Shown here piece after piece: positions 38,656-51,869 of a stretch of 64,000 nt of DNA. The notes beneath the pieces are model-generated. The model saw only the letters and a program-made list of their open reading frames with translations, did no database searches and was not told the origin of the DNA. Numbering within the stretch: position 1 is the first letter of the stretch; every line of letters starts with the position of its first letter. Source of the stretch: Leucoraja erinacea (lineage: Eukaryota); assembly GCF_028641065.1 (NCBI RefSeq), contig NC_073384.1, forward strand, positions 49,662,001 to 49,726,000, in the 5' to 3' direction. A program made the position numbers and the translations under genes.

Positions 38656-40540
38656 TCATTAACTTCTCATCATATTCCATTTTTGCTATTCCATCCATTA
38701 ACAATTAATAACCACTCACCCAGATTTCACTTGCTTGCCTCTGCATTCAAGCCATCCAAATCCATTTGCAGACTCTTTCATTTAGACAATGGACTCATTT
38801 GAACCTGCTGTTAATACATAGATCTCACAAAAAATGTACTTTTCACTGGCTTGAAAGTTTTGAACAAATCTCCCCTTGAAGTTCACCACATGGGAAACTA
38901 GAGAGGGCAATTATAGCAATTCACTCTAGTGTGAGTGTCTTTTCCTCTCCTGTACTTCATGGTCATGAAGGCATCATCAATGTACATAGTGCCCATGATT
39001 TACCAATGAATCACAAATAAATTCAAAGGTCACGACCCTTTCCACCAAGCTTGCGGAATGGTAAAATTCCAGCAGTGGATATAATTACGAGTCAATGTTA
39101 GAAAAACAACAAAATATTGCAAACAAGCAAACACTTCCATTTAGCAAAGATGGACACAAAGTACTGGAGTAACTCAGAGGGTCAGATAGCATCTCTGGAG
39201 GAAAAGGATGAGGGACGCTTTGAATTGGGACCCCCGAATCATCGCCTATCCTGTTTCTCCAGAGATGCTGCCTGAACCGCTGAATTACTCCAGCACTTTG
39301 AAGCTATCTTCCGTATATACCGGCATCAGCAGTTCCTTTCCACGCACTTTCATTTAGCATGAAGATTACATAGAAAGTGGACTTGCGGACCAATGACATT
39401 TGCATAACAATACAAACCTGCTTTTAAATTCAACCTGCGTACAATTTGGCTGCTATTACGAAAAGATGGTTTAAAACGTGGAATAATTTATGGAGTATTC
39501 GTTTTCAGTCAGTTTGATACAAATTATTGATGACAATGAAAAAGTAGAAAGCAGAAAACAAAACAGCACAATCTGGTGTTATAAGAGGGACTATGGTCTT
39601 CCAAATGTAGTTTATTATCAGGCAAGGTTATTGTTAATTAGACGTAGTGCCCAGAGGTAACCTAAATCAAAATAAATTATCTTAAATAAGAGGTATAAAT
39701 TTCAGCAGCTTAAAAAAGTGCTAATAAATCTCTGGGGATAGCATTTACACAAATGTTGAAAAGACCAAGGTGGAAACTCTAAGTCATGGGCTATCATAAG
39801 AAACTCACTGGAAAAAGAAAATATGAGTAACAATATGACAGACAAATGGGAATTTATTGGTTTCCTTTATACTATCTAAAATAATAGAAATCAGTACAGG
39901 TGCCCCTGGTGGCAATTGGTGGTCCGGCACATCCATTAATCTGGACAAAGTCACTTCTTCAATCTTCAGAGTCCAGACCCGAAATGTCACCTGTCCATGT
40001 TCTCCAGGGATGCTGCCTCACCCACTGAGTTACCCCAGCATTTTGTGCCTTTTATTAGGACATTGTGCTATCTGAATTGTTACTTCCTCAAATATTTTAA
40101 AATCCTGGCATTGGTTAGCAGAAATGTATAAGCAGATGCAACTAAGCAACTCAGTGGAATCCTTTTTCCTAAGTGTAGTTAACAATGAATTGTCTTTCCC
40201 CTATAATATGGTGATTTTTTTCCTCAAATTTCCTAAAATAGCAGAGTAATCAGTAACAAACTTGACATATAATTTACTCAGAGTGCATAGAGCATATCAC
40301 AGGAACAGGCCCTTCAGCCCATAATGTTTGTGCTGAACATGATGCCCAAGTTAAACTGATCTCATCTGCCTGTACATAATCCATATCATTCACCATACAT
40401 CCATACCCTGCACTTCTATGTGCCTCCCCAGAAGCTTCTTAAACACCACTATCATATCTGCCTCCACCACCACCCCTGGCAATGTGTTCTTGGCTCCCGT
40501 CACTCCCTGTGGAGTACACTTGCTCATCTCCATTAAACTT

Positions 40541-40970
40541 TCGGCCGAAAGCACTATGGGAACTTCATTCGCCCCCCTGCAGGAACTATACATCAGGAGG
40601 TGCAACTCCAGAGCCAATAAAATCATGGGAGACCCCTTCCACCCCTGCAACGGACTGTTCCAGCTGCTACGGTCAGGCAAACGCCTCCGTTGCCATGCTG
40701 TGAGAACGGAGAGGTTGAGAAGGAGTTTCTTCCCAGAGGCCATTAGGACTGTAAACGCCTATCTCACCAGGGACAACCCTTACTGTACCACTCTACTGCT
40801 TTTTTTTTTAATTGCTGTTTTTTTCCCTTTTTCCTTCCGCCCACAATATTTAATATGAATTGTAGTTTGTTTGGTTGTTTGTCTTTTTGCACAAAGTTCG
40901 CGAGCATTGCCACTTTTCATTTCACTGCACATCTCGTATGTGTATGTGGCAGATAAACTTGACTTGACTC
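40541..40970 (+). mobile_element. Rex1/Babar 3' fragment, same subfamily as 29859-30623
   Basis: SAESTMGTSFAPLQELY...RSFFPEAIRTVNAYLTRD and an (acttg)n tail. Confidence 0.85.
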
Positions 40971-41669
40971 ATGATTCCTTAGCATCTCCCAATACTGGAG
41001 CAGCATGGCCTATTTGGAGGAGGAAATTTAGTTGTCCCTGGACTTTCAAAAAGTCCTTCAGCACCGGGTCAAATGTAGGCAAGAAAGTCAATTATTTCTT
41101 TACTGCAGGAAACCTTTGTGCAGTTACACTGGACTATCTTAAGCTGCTTCACCAGTGATTGCTCTTTCATCATGCTAGAAGTGAAGAAGTTCAATGATGT
41201 TTGCAGAGAAGTTAATTTAGTTTACAGGTTTGTAGATAATGAAGCAGCTCATGCAAGCGTGCCCAGACTGAAAGAGGCATGGGCTGATGAGTGGCTAGAT
41301 ACATTTGCAATTGATAGGTGTCAGGTAATCAATATCTCCAATATAAAATATTCAAAATAACTTCTTGTAAGCTCAACCCCTCTTGAAAAACTGTTCAACA
41401 AGCTATTTGTCTTTCTAACAGTTTTCTATCCTCACATGTTTAGTTTGAGTGATTCATGTACTAGGAAAGATAGTCTCTCTGAACAACTAACTCTTTCAAT
41501 CTTCAAACATATACAATGTCTTCTGCCTTTTTATTTTTCTACCTGAGTGAATGACCGTGCATTTTTCTGCTTTATAAGCATTCCACCATCTCCTCACCCA
41601 TTCACTTGACCTATCTCTAGCCCTTTGAAGTTTTGCTGCTTATCTCTCATGACATATCATCAACCACAA

Positions 41670-42030
41670 AAACATAGAAAATAGGTGCAGGAGTAGGCCA
41701 TTCAGCCCTTCGAGCCAGCACCACCATTCAATATGATCGTGGCTGACCATCCAAAATCAGTACCGTTTCGGCTTTTTCCCCATATCGCTTGATTTCCTTA
41801 GCCCTAAGAGCCAAATCTAACTTTCTTGTGAAAACATCCAGTGAATTGGCCTCCACTAGCTTCTGTGGCAGAGAATTCCCCAGATTCACAACTCTCTGGA
41901 TGAAAAAATGTTTCCTCATCTTTGTCCTAAATGGCCTACCCCTTATTCTTAAACTGTGATTCCCCCCAACATCGGGAACATTTTTCCTGCATCTACCCTG
42001 CCCAATCCTCTAAGAATTGTATATGCTTCA
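41670..42030 (-). mobile_element. CR1 3'-end fragment
   Basis: RKHFFIQRVVNLGNSLP motif and CR1 3' UTR. Confidence 0.8.
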
Positions 42031-44516
42031 TACTAGCTTTATATATATCAGGCGCATGCCACACTTGGATATGTCACACTTGGATCCTTCCTCCAAATCA
42101 CAGTGCTGGTGAACATCAGCACCTCAATAGGGGCAGCCTCAAAACCTGAAAAAGTTCAGTTTTTCATTCCTGAAGATAGACACAAATTGCTGGAGTAAGA
42201 CAGTGGGTCATCAGCATCTCTGGAGAAAAAGGATGGGCGATGTTTTGGGTTGGAACCCTTGTTCAGACTGAAAGTAGACGTGGGAGGATCTGGATGTAAG
42301 AATTGAGTGGGTCCTGATCATTTCTAAGATAAGACTCGATCTGTGTTATAACTGACGTCTTGAAGAACTTCATCTCCATGGATAGAGAGGGATTATATTT
42401 TGGATGTTCAATGCAGTCACCCCAAAGCAAAGGCCACTTCCATCAACATCTTAAACATTCCATTTAAGATGTTTGCCATCAGCCCATTTCCAGCTCATGG
42501 GACAAAGAACAGTGCAGCACAAGGACGGCCTTTGGGCCCGCAATGTTTGTGCTGAACCTGATGTTTAGTTAAACTGATCTCATCTGCCTGCACGTGATCC
42601 ATATCCCTCTATTCCCTACACTTCCATGTGCTTATCTAAAATGCCACTATCGTATCTGCCTCCACCACTACCCCTAGGCCCCCACCACCCTCCATGTAAA
42701 AAACATGCCCTACACATCTATATTAAATGTCCCCCCCTCCCCCTCACCTAATAGCTCATCATTCAGGTTAGACCATTGGCTCTTCATTATTTACAATGTG
42801 TGTTCTGAACCTGCTCCCACAAGTTGAGAAACATATATTTGTTTAATTTCTCTTCCATTGACTTATTCTCCACAACTACTTATTCTTTCCAGTCTGTAGG
42901 ATGCTACATTGACTTAACCTCATCTATTTTTTACATGTGCTTTCACAGGCTGCTATGTTCCTTTCAGCTCTGCTCTGACATTGTACTTTTGGTCTAATCT
43001 GTAATCAGTCCATCCCTCTGACTGACTACTCATTTTGCTGACAGGAAAATCTTTTGTTTTGACACGTCTTTTGTTACTCTTAATTGGCAAATGTTCATGT
43101 CAGGATTTTGTGCCTCAGAAAGATATAAATTTGCTCTACATTGTTTATTAATTCTTTAAAACATTAAGGTTTGCTCATTTAAGATCTGACCATTTAATAT
43201 AGTTTCCCACTCTACCATAGCCAATGCACACTTAATGCTTCATAGTTTCCTTTGACTGAATTGCATAACTTTCAATCTTTATACAAAATACAACCCCATT
43301 ATGCTCACTCCTCACCGAATGCCCTATAACAACCAGGTTATTAAACAACCCTTTCACACTATACAAGATTGCACGCCAACGATTTTCCAGAACCTGGTGG
43401 TCCGGCACCTCCTTTAATCCGGAAACAATTATGAGAGTGCGTTTGGTATATTCCACCCCCTTCTGTTAGTCCAGCAAAATGGATAATCTAGAAAGTCTCC
43501 AGAACCAAGGGTGACGGAAAATCGGTGGTGGACCCATAAAACTAAAGCAAGTCCCCTCCTTACGTCCTCAACATCAGTAAAATCACCTTTTTATTGTTTT
43601 TATTGTCAGCTGTACCCCTCTATATTTACTATTCTGCCTATCTCAAAAGTTAAGTATCCTAGAACATTTTATTCTCACTCTTGGTCACTTCAACCACTTT
43701 TCTGTGATAGTCATTAAATTGTTCCCATTTAATTCTATCTGTGTCATTAATTCAACTATCTTTTTTTTTCTGAATGCAGCAAATATAGAGAACAAGATAG
43801 GTGGATTAACGACACATATATAGAAATAAATGTCAGTTTTGTCATTTTATCTCTTTTCTCCTCCATTAATAGCTAGATCTGCAAACCTGCTTCACTGTTG
43901 CTTATGGTGCCTCCAGCTCCTTATGACTGGCCAATTGCATTACATAATCTAAGAGTTTTTATTGCTGCCTTTGGAGAAAAAGTCATCTGGGAAACTTTCC
44001 CACTCTCTGATTTGTTGCATTGTCCAAATCTCATACTCCAGCTCATCAACGTTAAGCCAGATTCCTTGAGCTGCAAGCATCATAGATGTGGTCACCAAAG
44101 ATCGCAATGGTTTCCATTAGCTTCTGCATACTGTGATTACTACACAACCGGCTTTATGTGATTTCACTTTAAAAAAATATATAGAGCAGCCCTACAGCCT
44201 TTACCTCACAAAAGACCGCAGACATGTGGTCAGTGGCATTTTTCAGAAACAGGAACAACCCTGGGTATTCATGATGCCAATAGTTGTGGGTGCAGACTTC
44301 CAAGTTAATTAAAAGTAAAACAATAACTGTATCAGTATGTTGAATTGCATAGCATATCAGATATGGAAATAAAATACATTTAAAACTTATAATGCATCAC
44401 TAATAAGAACGTACTCATCAAATCACTGTGATTTTTTCCCCAATTTTTAACAAAATACTTTATGGGATTTTACTTTTAATTTAAGCAAGTTCCTCTTTTG
44501 AAGCATGAAATCCCAC

Positions 44517-44671
44517 CTTGTTTTCTCAGTAACCTTAAAAAATCCATTGTCATGAACGTCCACCCAGTCTGGCCGTTGTCTCTTGATCGCTGGAGCAGCA
44601 CTGGACTGGTTTATGTTGGTCCCAGTCGACATTCCTTTTCCATTAGCCAAGTATGGAAAATGATCAGCTTT
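44517..44671 (-). CDS. MTA3: MTA-family coding exon, 155 nt, phase 0/2: KADHFPYLANGKGMSTGTNINQSSAAPAIKRQRPDWVDVHDNGFFKVTEKT(R)
   Basis: Strong acceptor cttctcttctttgttttag and donor gtggga. Aligns to recalled MTA1 PPVKRRRMNWIDAPDDVFYMATEETR. Confidence 0.85.
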
Positions 44672-44846
44672 CTAAAACAAAGAAGAGAAGAGGCCACGTT
44701 GAAGATACCACTCCTTTGTTTATTTGTTGTTGGTGGCAATTTTGCATGACAATCATTCAGTATTATCTTTGCAAAATCTGAATGGATCTTCACTGGATAT
44801 TCGCAGTGTTTTATTATGTTGTTTTTAAAAAGAGCTTCAATCTTTA

Positions 44847-45122
44847 GGGCGGCATGGTGGCACAGCGGTAGAGTTCCTGCCTTATGGTGCCAGAGATCCG
44901 GGTTCGATCCTGACTACAAATGATGTCTGTATGCTGACGTCCTCCCCGTGACCTGCGTGGGTTTTCTCCGGGTGCTACAGTTTCCTCCCAAAAAGGCATG
45001 GAGGTTTGTAGGTAAGTTGGCTTTGGGAAATTGTTAACGTACGGGGTGATCGCTGGTCAGCGCGGACTCGGTAAGGCAATGAGCTGGTTTCCAGGCTGCA
45101 ACTCTAAACTAATGAACTAAAC
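44847..45122 (+). mobile_element. HE1-like SINE
   Basis: gggcggcatggtggcacagcggtagag...gggttcgatcc head. Confidence 0.8.
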
Positions 45123-48100
45123 GAAATCTTCGACAATTCTTATTTCTACACAGGGACTGAAAGAACAATAAAAATATTAAAATTAAATCTCTTGGATAGG
45201 GTGGTTTTGAGAGCAGCTGAGGAAATGGAGCAAACTAACAGCCTCCCATGGAATTGGCTTCAACTCTATAACATGAGGATGTAACACCGATACGTTGAGT
45301 TGTGTGCAAGCAGGTTCTTTCTAAATGTGTATTGTCAATAACATTACGTTAACAGCTCAGTGTAGTTGTAACAATAAGGATTATTTTCTATTTTAACTTT
45401 AAACTGTAAAATATGTCCCTGTGTGTTGGATAGAACTAGCGTACACTAGTTAGTGCAGACTCGGTTGGCCGAACGGTCTGTTTCCTGTGTCACTAAGCTA
45501 AACTAGACCAAACTAAACTAAATGCTGAAAAGTAGATGTAATGACAGGAACTGCAGATGCTTGTTTACACTGCAGATAAACTAAAAATGCCACGGTATCT
45601 CAGCAGGTCAGGGCAACATTTCTGGAGAAAAGGAATAGGTGACATTTCGGGTCAGAGCCCTTCCTCAGACTGAAAGGTTCCAATTGAAAACATCACCCAT
45701 TCCATTTCTCCAGGAATGCTTGCTGATCTGCTGAGTACATTTCTATGTGCTGAAATGGAGATGATCCATTTTGAGCCCCTATCGGGTCTGAAAGGTTCAC
45801 AGAATCTAATTTTCTGTCAACTTGAATCATTCTATGTGACATCATGAAACATCTGAGAATAATGAACCAAATCCCAGCTTCAGGGGAACACCACGGAGGC
45901 AAAATGAGGTGCAGCCTTGGAACCTCTGCAGATCATCCTGGCAATGAGCTGCATTCAGCTCCCAACTCAGAAATCATCAAATTCCATGGTGCGATGGCTT
46001 TTTAAGCACTGAAGTTGAGCTTGATTCATGTAGGATGTCGTCATGCCCACTATTTTAATCTGTTTGGAAACCTGGAAGTGTGATATACATTGACCGAGTT
46101 GAAAAATCACAAATTGATATTGCACTTGGTTCTGAGTTTCACATATGCTCTTGATTCTCTTGAATTCTTGCAAAAACAAAGAATCAGGCCTTGTGTCCAA
46201 CAAAACATTAATCAGGACAGAAATTGTAGGACACCTTCTATGTTTATTAATTTTGGAACAAGTAGCATGTGGTCTACTTCAGGAGTGCAAAAGGTGGCAT
46301 TAGCATGCACCAGAAGAATTGGTCTAACATCATTCCGTCATATTAGCCTGAGCATTTGACAGCCATCCTTGGCAGCTATTATGTTCCAAGACACACTGGC
46401 GTAGCATTTCCTGGGAGCAGCAAGTCGTGGGCTTTCTCTGTGCAGATCTTCAAGTAGCAAGCAGTTGTGAAACCAGATTTGGACTGGTTGACAAGGTTTG
46501 GACAGCAGCCAAAACAAGTAACAACCACAATAATACTTCGGGAGACAGCACACCATGATCCACACCCTAAGCTCCCCCAGCTGTCAAATAAAATAAATGC
46601 TTATGAGTGTCTTGGCTGTTCACCACGTCCAGAATCCATAAAAAGTTAATCAAGCTATTAAACTTATAGAAACTATTGATTAGTTTTCAACCAAAATACA
46701 CGTATAATTAAATAATTTTGAAGAAGACAAGATTCAATACCTCCCTTCTGCATGGATATTGTTCCCCAATTAAGTGAATGGAACCAGTGATCATGCATCA
46801 GTGTTCAAAGGTGCAGGTTCAAAGGACAGATTTCCCAGTGAACATTCTGTGTGGTTTCCAGCTCCAACTGTGAACCACTTGTCAGAACATTTGGGACTTC
46901 CAGTTGGGCACATGTGGGAATGTGGGAATTGCAGCATCAAAACAATTACAGAGGTAAAGGCTGGCAGTTGCAACAGGAATATGGGTGTTTCTTAGGAAAG
47001 CCAGACCATGATAATGAAACTTGGTTCCTGAATCTACAATCTTTCTTTCATCCTATCGAACATCATGGAGGCAAATGTTAACAAGGATTTTTTTTAAAGA
47101 AGATTTTTTGCTATAGTATTAAATGAAACTTCGCATTCTTTAAGCGAAGTCGCATTTATTATACATGTTGGAGTTTATTTTGACTAAACTAAATTCTTGG
47201 CTGTTTTGAATGTTGCCTGTAATTTCAACAAAGAGAGGGTTTCTTCATAGCAGCTAAACACTGTAAACTAAAAGGCACTAACTGCTGGAGTAATGCAGTG
47301 GGTCAGGGTATCTCTGGCTGAGGGGAGGTGGGACAAGAGACAGCTGCGGTAGAAAGCTCTCTCCCCCTCTCTGCTCCCTTCTTTAACCCCCCCCACCCCC
47401 TTTCCACCCACCACCACAATCAACCTGAGGAAGGGTCCTGATCCGAAATGTCACTTTAGACTTTAGAGATACAGCACGGAAACAGGCCCTTCAGCCCACT
47501 GAATTCACACTGACCAGCGATCATCCCATACACTATCAATATCCTACACACTCGGAACAATTTATAATTTCACCAAAGCCAATTAAAGTACCCGGAAAAA
47601 GCTCACATGGTCACAGGGAGAACGTACAAACTCCATACAGAGAGCACCCATAGTCAGGATCGAACTGGTGCTGTAAGGCAGCAACTCTAATGCTACGCCA
47701 CTGTGCCGCCCCCTAGGTGCTGGTCCCACCTGTCTATGTTCTCCAGAGATGCTGCCTGACCTGCTGAGTTGCTCCAGTACTTTGTGTCTTTATTTTTTAA
47801 ACCAGCATTAGCATCTCCAAACACTGAACACTGCTGGGATTAATCAGTAAGCTTTGAAGTGAGGTGGCACAGATGAAGCAGCACAAAGAGCACAGACCTG
47901 CATAGAAAGGCAGGCATGATAATGGGACACAGGCCATGTAGATATTCAGACAAAAATCTGTCATCAAATGCGTGTCCCAAAGACTGGACTTACAGACTGA
48001 TCCATATTGATCTGCTCATATTTAGTCAATTGGATATTTATGACTAGAAAAAAGACGCAAAGTGCTGGAGTAACCCAGCAGGTCAGGCAGCGTCTCTGGC

Positions 48101-49004
48101 GAATATGGATAGGTGATATTTCAGGTTGGGACCTTTCTTCAAACTATTTAAGACTGTTCACTTACGACATTCATTTACACCGAATGTCCAAAGGTTGGAC
48201 ATTTTTGAAACATGGGAATTGTAGGTACATGTGTACTACAAGGATATCAATTTGTTTGATTTTTTTTTTTAATAGTAATTCGGATTAATAAAATCAGTAC
48301 ATACATTTTATAAAACAACATAGACACAAACAGCTGGAGTAACTCAGCGGGCCAGGCAGCATCTCTGGAGAGAAGGAATGGGTCAAGTTTCGGGTTGAGA
48401 CCCTTCTTCAGCTATTAAAAGACATACAAGGTCACCTTTCGACTGACGAACTGTAACAAACATTAAATACAGGAGAATAATTTTGCCGGAATTGAAGCTT
48501 ACGTAAGTATTTGCCTCATCAATTTGTAGTCAAATTAAACGATTGACAATTACTAACTAATCTATTTGTTGGGAAAAAACATGCACAACATTTTTGCAGG
48601 AATATTCAAGGAATGGTTTATCCTGAAAAACTACCCATTCCCTTTGGTAACAAGTGTGCTAAAAATGTATATGGAAATGCCAAATTAACTGCCTTACCTC
48701 AATTTGAGGCCAACTTTACTTTTTCCCCCTTCACATTATAACCCTTTCCTTCCCCAATGTGTAACCAAAACAACAAAACTGCTTACGTTATTCATCTAAA
48801 TGAGAAGCGAATTGATAAGTGAACGAGCTAATCTTTACGTACATTCGACTATTGGTACCCAACTTAGAGTTTCTTTTGATGTAGGAGCATTTGCATAAAA
48901 CTAAATCATTATGTGCATAATTAAACTATAATACCCCCAACAGAAGACCCTTTCCTCGAGAACTTAACTTGATTCTAGCTGAATATGGCTGTGTTTCTAA
49001 ATCT

Positions 49005-49335
49005 GGTTTAGTTTAGTTTGGTTTAGAGATACAGTGTGTAAACAGGCCCTTCGGTCCACCGGGTCCGTGCCGACCAGCGATCCCCGCACACTAACACTAT
49101 CCTACACACACTAGGAACAATTTTTACATTTACCAAGCCAATTAACCTACAAACTTGTACGTCTTTGGAGTGTGGGAGGAAACCGAAGAACTCGGCGAAA
49201 ACCCACGCAGGAGAGAACGGGGAGAACGTACAAACTCCATACAGACAGCACCCGTAGTCGGGATCGAACCCGGGTCTCTGGTGCTGCATTCGCTGTAAGG
49301 CTGCAACTCTACCGCCGCGCCACTGTGACTGCCCT
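49005..49335 (-). mobile_element. HE1-like SINE, well preserved; further minus-strand copies at about 47455-47712, 49700-49985 and 58548-58860
   Basis: Intact A/B boxes, V-domain and (taaac)n tail. Confidence 0.85.
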
Positions 49336-50064
49336 TTCACTGTTCATCGGGAAAGAATACAACAAATCCTTTCACTGTTCATCGTGAAGAATATAAAGCA
49401 GCCTGAAAACTGTAACATCCAGGTTCAGGACCAGCTTCTTCCCTACAGGCTAATAAACACTACAACCTCCAAATAAGCTCTCAACTACATAGACGTTGCA
49501 GTATTTTTCTTGTTTATTACATTGTTTACAGAGTACTATGTTTACATGTTCTCTTGTGCTGCTGCAAGTAAGAATTACATTGTTCAGTCTGGGACATATG
49601 ACAATAAAACACTCTTGACTCTTGAATTATTGGAATAAACACTAGGGAGCTTATCGCCTGGAACCTGGTAGTTGTTCTCAAACAGAAGCAAGAAAAATTA
49701 GGCATGGAAATAGGCCCTTCGGCCCACCAACCAGTGATCCCTGCACATTAACACTATCCTGCACACACTAGGGACAATTTAACATTGATATAATTTTACC
49801 AAGCCAATTAACCTACAAACTTATACACCTTTGGAGTGTGGGAGGAGACCGAAGATCTTGGCAGAAAACTCACACAGGTCACGGGGAGAACGTACAATCT
49901 CCGTACAGACAGCACCCGTAGTCGGGATCAAACCCGGGTCCCTGGCGCTGTCAGGCAGTAGTGCTACCGCTACGCCACCGTGCCGCATTAGGAATTCAAT
50001 AAACCATGATTTTTTCCCCGGTTTAAAACAAGCTTGATTATTTTGCGAGAAATAAAATACTTAC

Positions 50065-50096
50065 TATTAATGGTCCTTGTGTTAGACTTGCACCAT
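50065..50096 (-). CDS. MTA3: MTA-family small coding exon, 32 nt, phase 1/0: (D)GASLTQGPLI
   Basis: Acceptor ctaatttttcag and donor gtaagt. It supplies exactly the phase change needed between the flanking exons. Confidence 0.7.
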
Positions 50097-51869
50097 CTGA
50101 AAAATTAGATTTTCAAATGAGGTTTGCATTCTAATGCAAAATATTAATAACATTTACAACAATTAATAAAGTGGACTGCATTTGTGTTAAATTGTAAAAG
50201 ATGTCTATGCCAGGCTAATTAAAGATACCAGGTTAGCTAAACAGAAAATCTGTTTAACAACATTGAAACAACTCGTCACTGATAAAATAAATAATCAGTG
50301 TTTTCTCAAGTGATAAAACTAATAATGAGACAAACCTGTTATGCATACATGTCTGATACATTTGTCAATTCCTGTTCTTATCTATAATTCAGAATTAAGT
50401 CCAGTCCCACCAGAACCCAGAATTACTTTTTAGGTTGTTTAGCATTAACTGTAGAATTTAATTCCTGTAAAATTTAATATCATCAAAATTCAAGCACAAT
50501 AATTCTTAATTCTTAATCTGTGGGATTCAATCTGGGTTTGGTTTAATTATATTTAAGCAATCATGCTATGTTATTACTTTCAGGATTTCTTCCCAGCTGT
50601 CATCAAGCAACTAAACCATTCTATCAACAACTAGAGAGCGCTCCTGAGCTACTGTCTTCCTCATTGGAGACCGTTGGACTACCTTTAATCAGATTTTACT
50701 GAACTTTATCTTGCACTAAAATTTATTTCCCTTTATAATTTATCTGTACATTGTGGATGGCTCGATTGTAACCATGTATTGTCTTTCAACTAACTGATTA
50801 ACATGCAACAAATCCTTTCACTGTTCCCAAGTGACAACAAAGTTTCACAAGCGACAATAAACTAAACTAAACTAGACGTAATCTAAACCTAATCAGCATC
50901 ATTTTCAAAAGAAGGCAGATTGCCACTGATTAAAAAATTATGGAATCACAGAAAGATAGGGTTGCAAACTTGCCAAAGGTTTGGGAAGATACTTGAGATT
51001 ACAGACGTCAAAGGGAAAGCTCACACAATAACTATGTGCTACTTTTTATTAAAAATATGACTTCAATATTGTAGGAACGGTGATTTTTAAATGAGATTGT
51101 GAGCTTTATGGGCAATATTTCATTGTCAAAAAAAGACACAGTGCTGTAGTAACTCAGCAGGCCAGGCAGCATATCTGGAGAACATGCATAGGAGACATTG
51201 CAGGACCCAAAACATCACGTATCCATGTTCTCCAGTGATGCCGCCTGACCCGCTGAGTTATTCCTGCACTTTGTCTTTTTTTGCAAACCAGTACCTGCAG
51301 TTCCTTGTTTCTTCACCGAGTCTAAATCCTTTTGCATTTTAAAAGGATTGATTGCAGACTATTAATGCGTGATTGCACTTAAGCTAAAGTATTAAAAGAA
51401 ATAATGTGGTTTATTAACTGATGATAACTATTTATTGGAATTAGCCTGGTCAATAGAAGATAGCATAGAATGAGCAAAAATTATTATCCAATTTAATTGA
51501 TGGAAGACGGGTTAAATAACTATTTATACTTAAACAAGGATTGGTTATGAGAGATATTTTTACATGAATTATGTAGATGATTAAGGTTTGGCTGGTGTAA
51601 TTTTTGCGTTTCATTTTGTCATTGCAAAATGTTGATTTTTTTCAAGAAATGGTGTAATTTTAATGAATACAATGTGTTGGAACAAATCCCATAGAAAAAT
51701 GAATGAAAATAAATTACACTAATATAGTAGATGTCATAAATGTAGCTGGAATACTTTATAAAATGTTATTCATATGAGTTGCAGCTTACATGTTTTCATT
51801 TTTAATTAATGTCAATGCAACCACTTTGAAATATATATTCAATTAATTGCTCTTTAGTAGGCACTTTCA

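Noticed and set aside
45900-47080. Cluster of short ORFs as a nested gene or old LINE
   Set aside because: No coherent motifs or splice structure could be identified.
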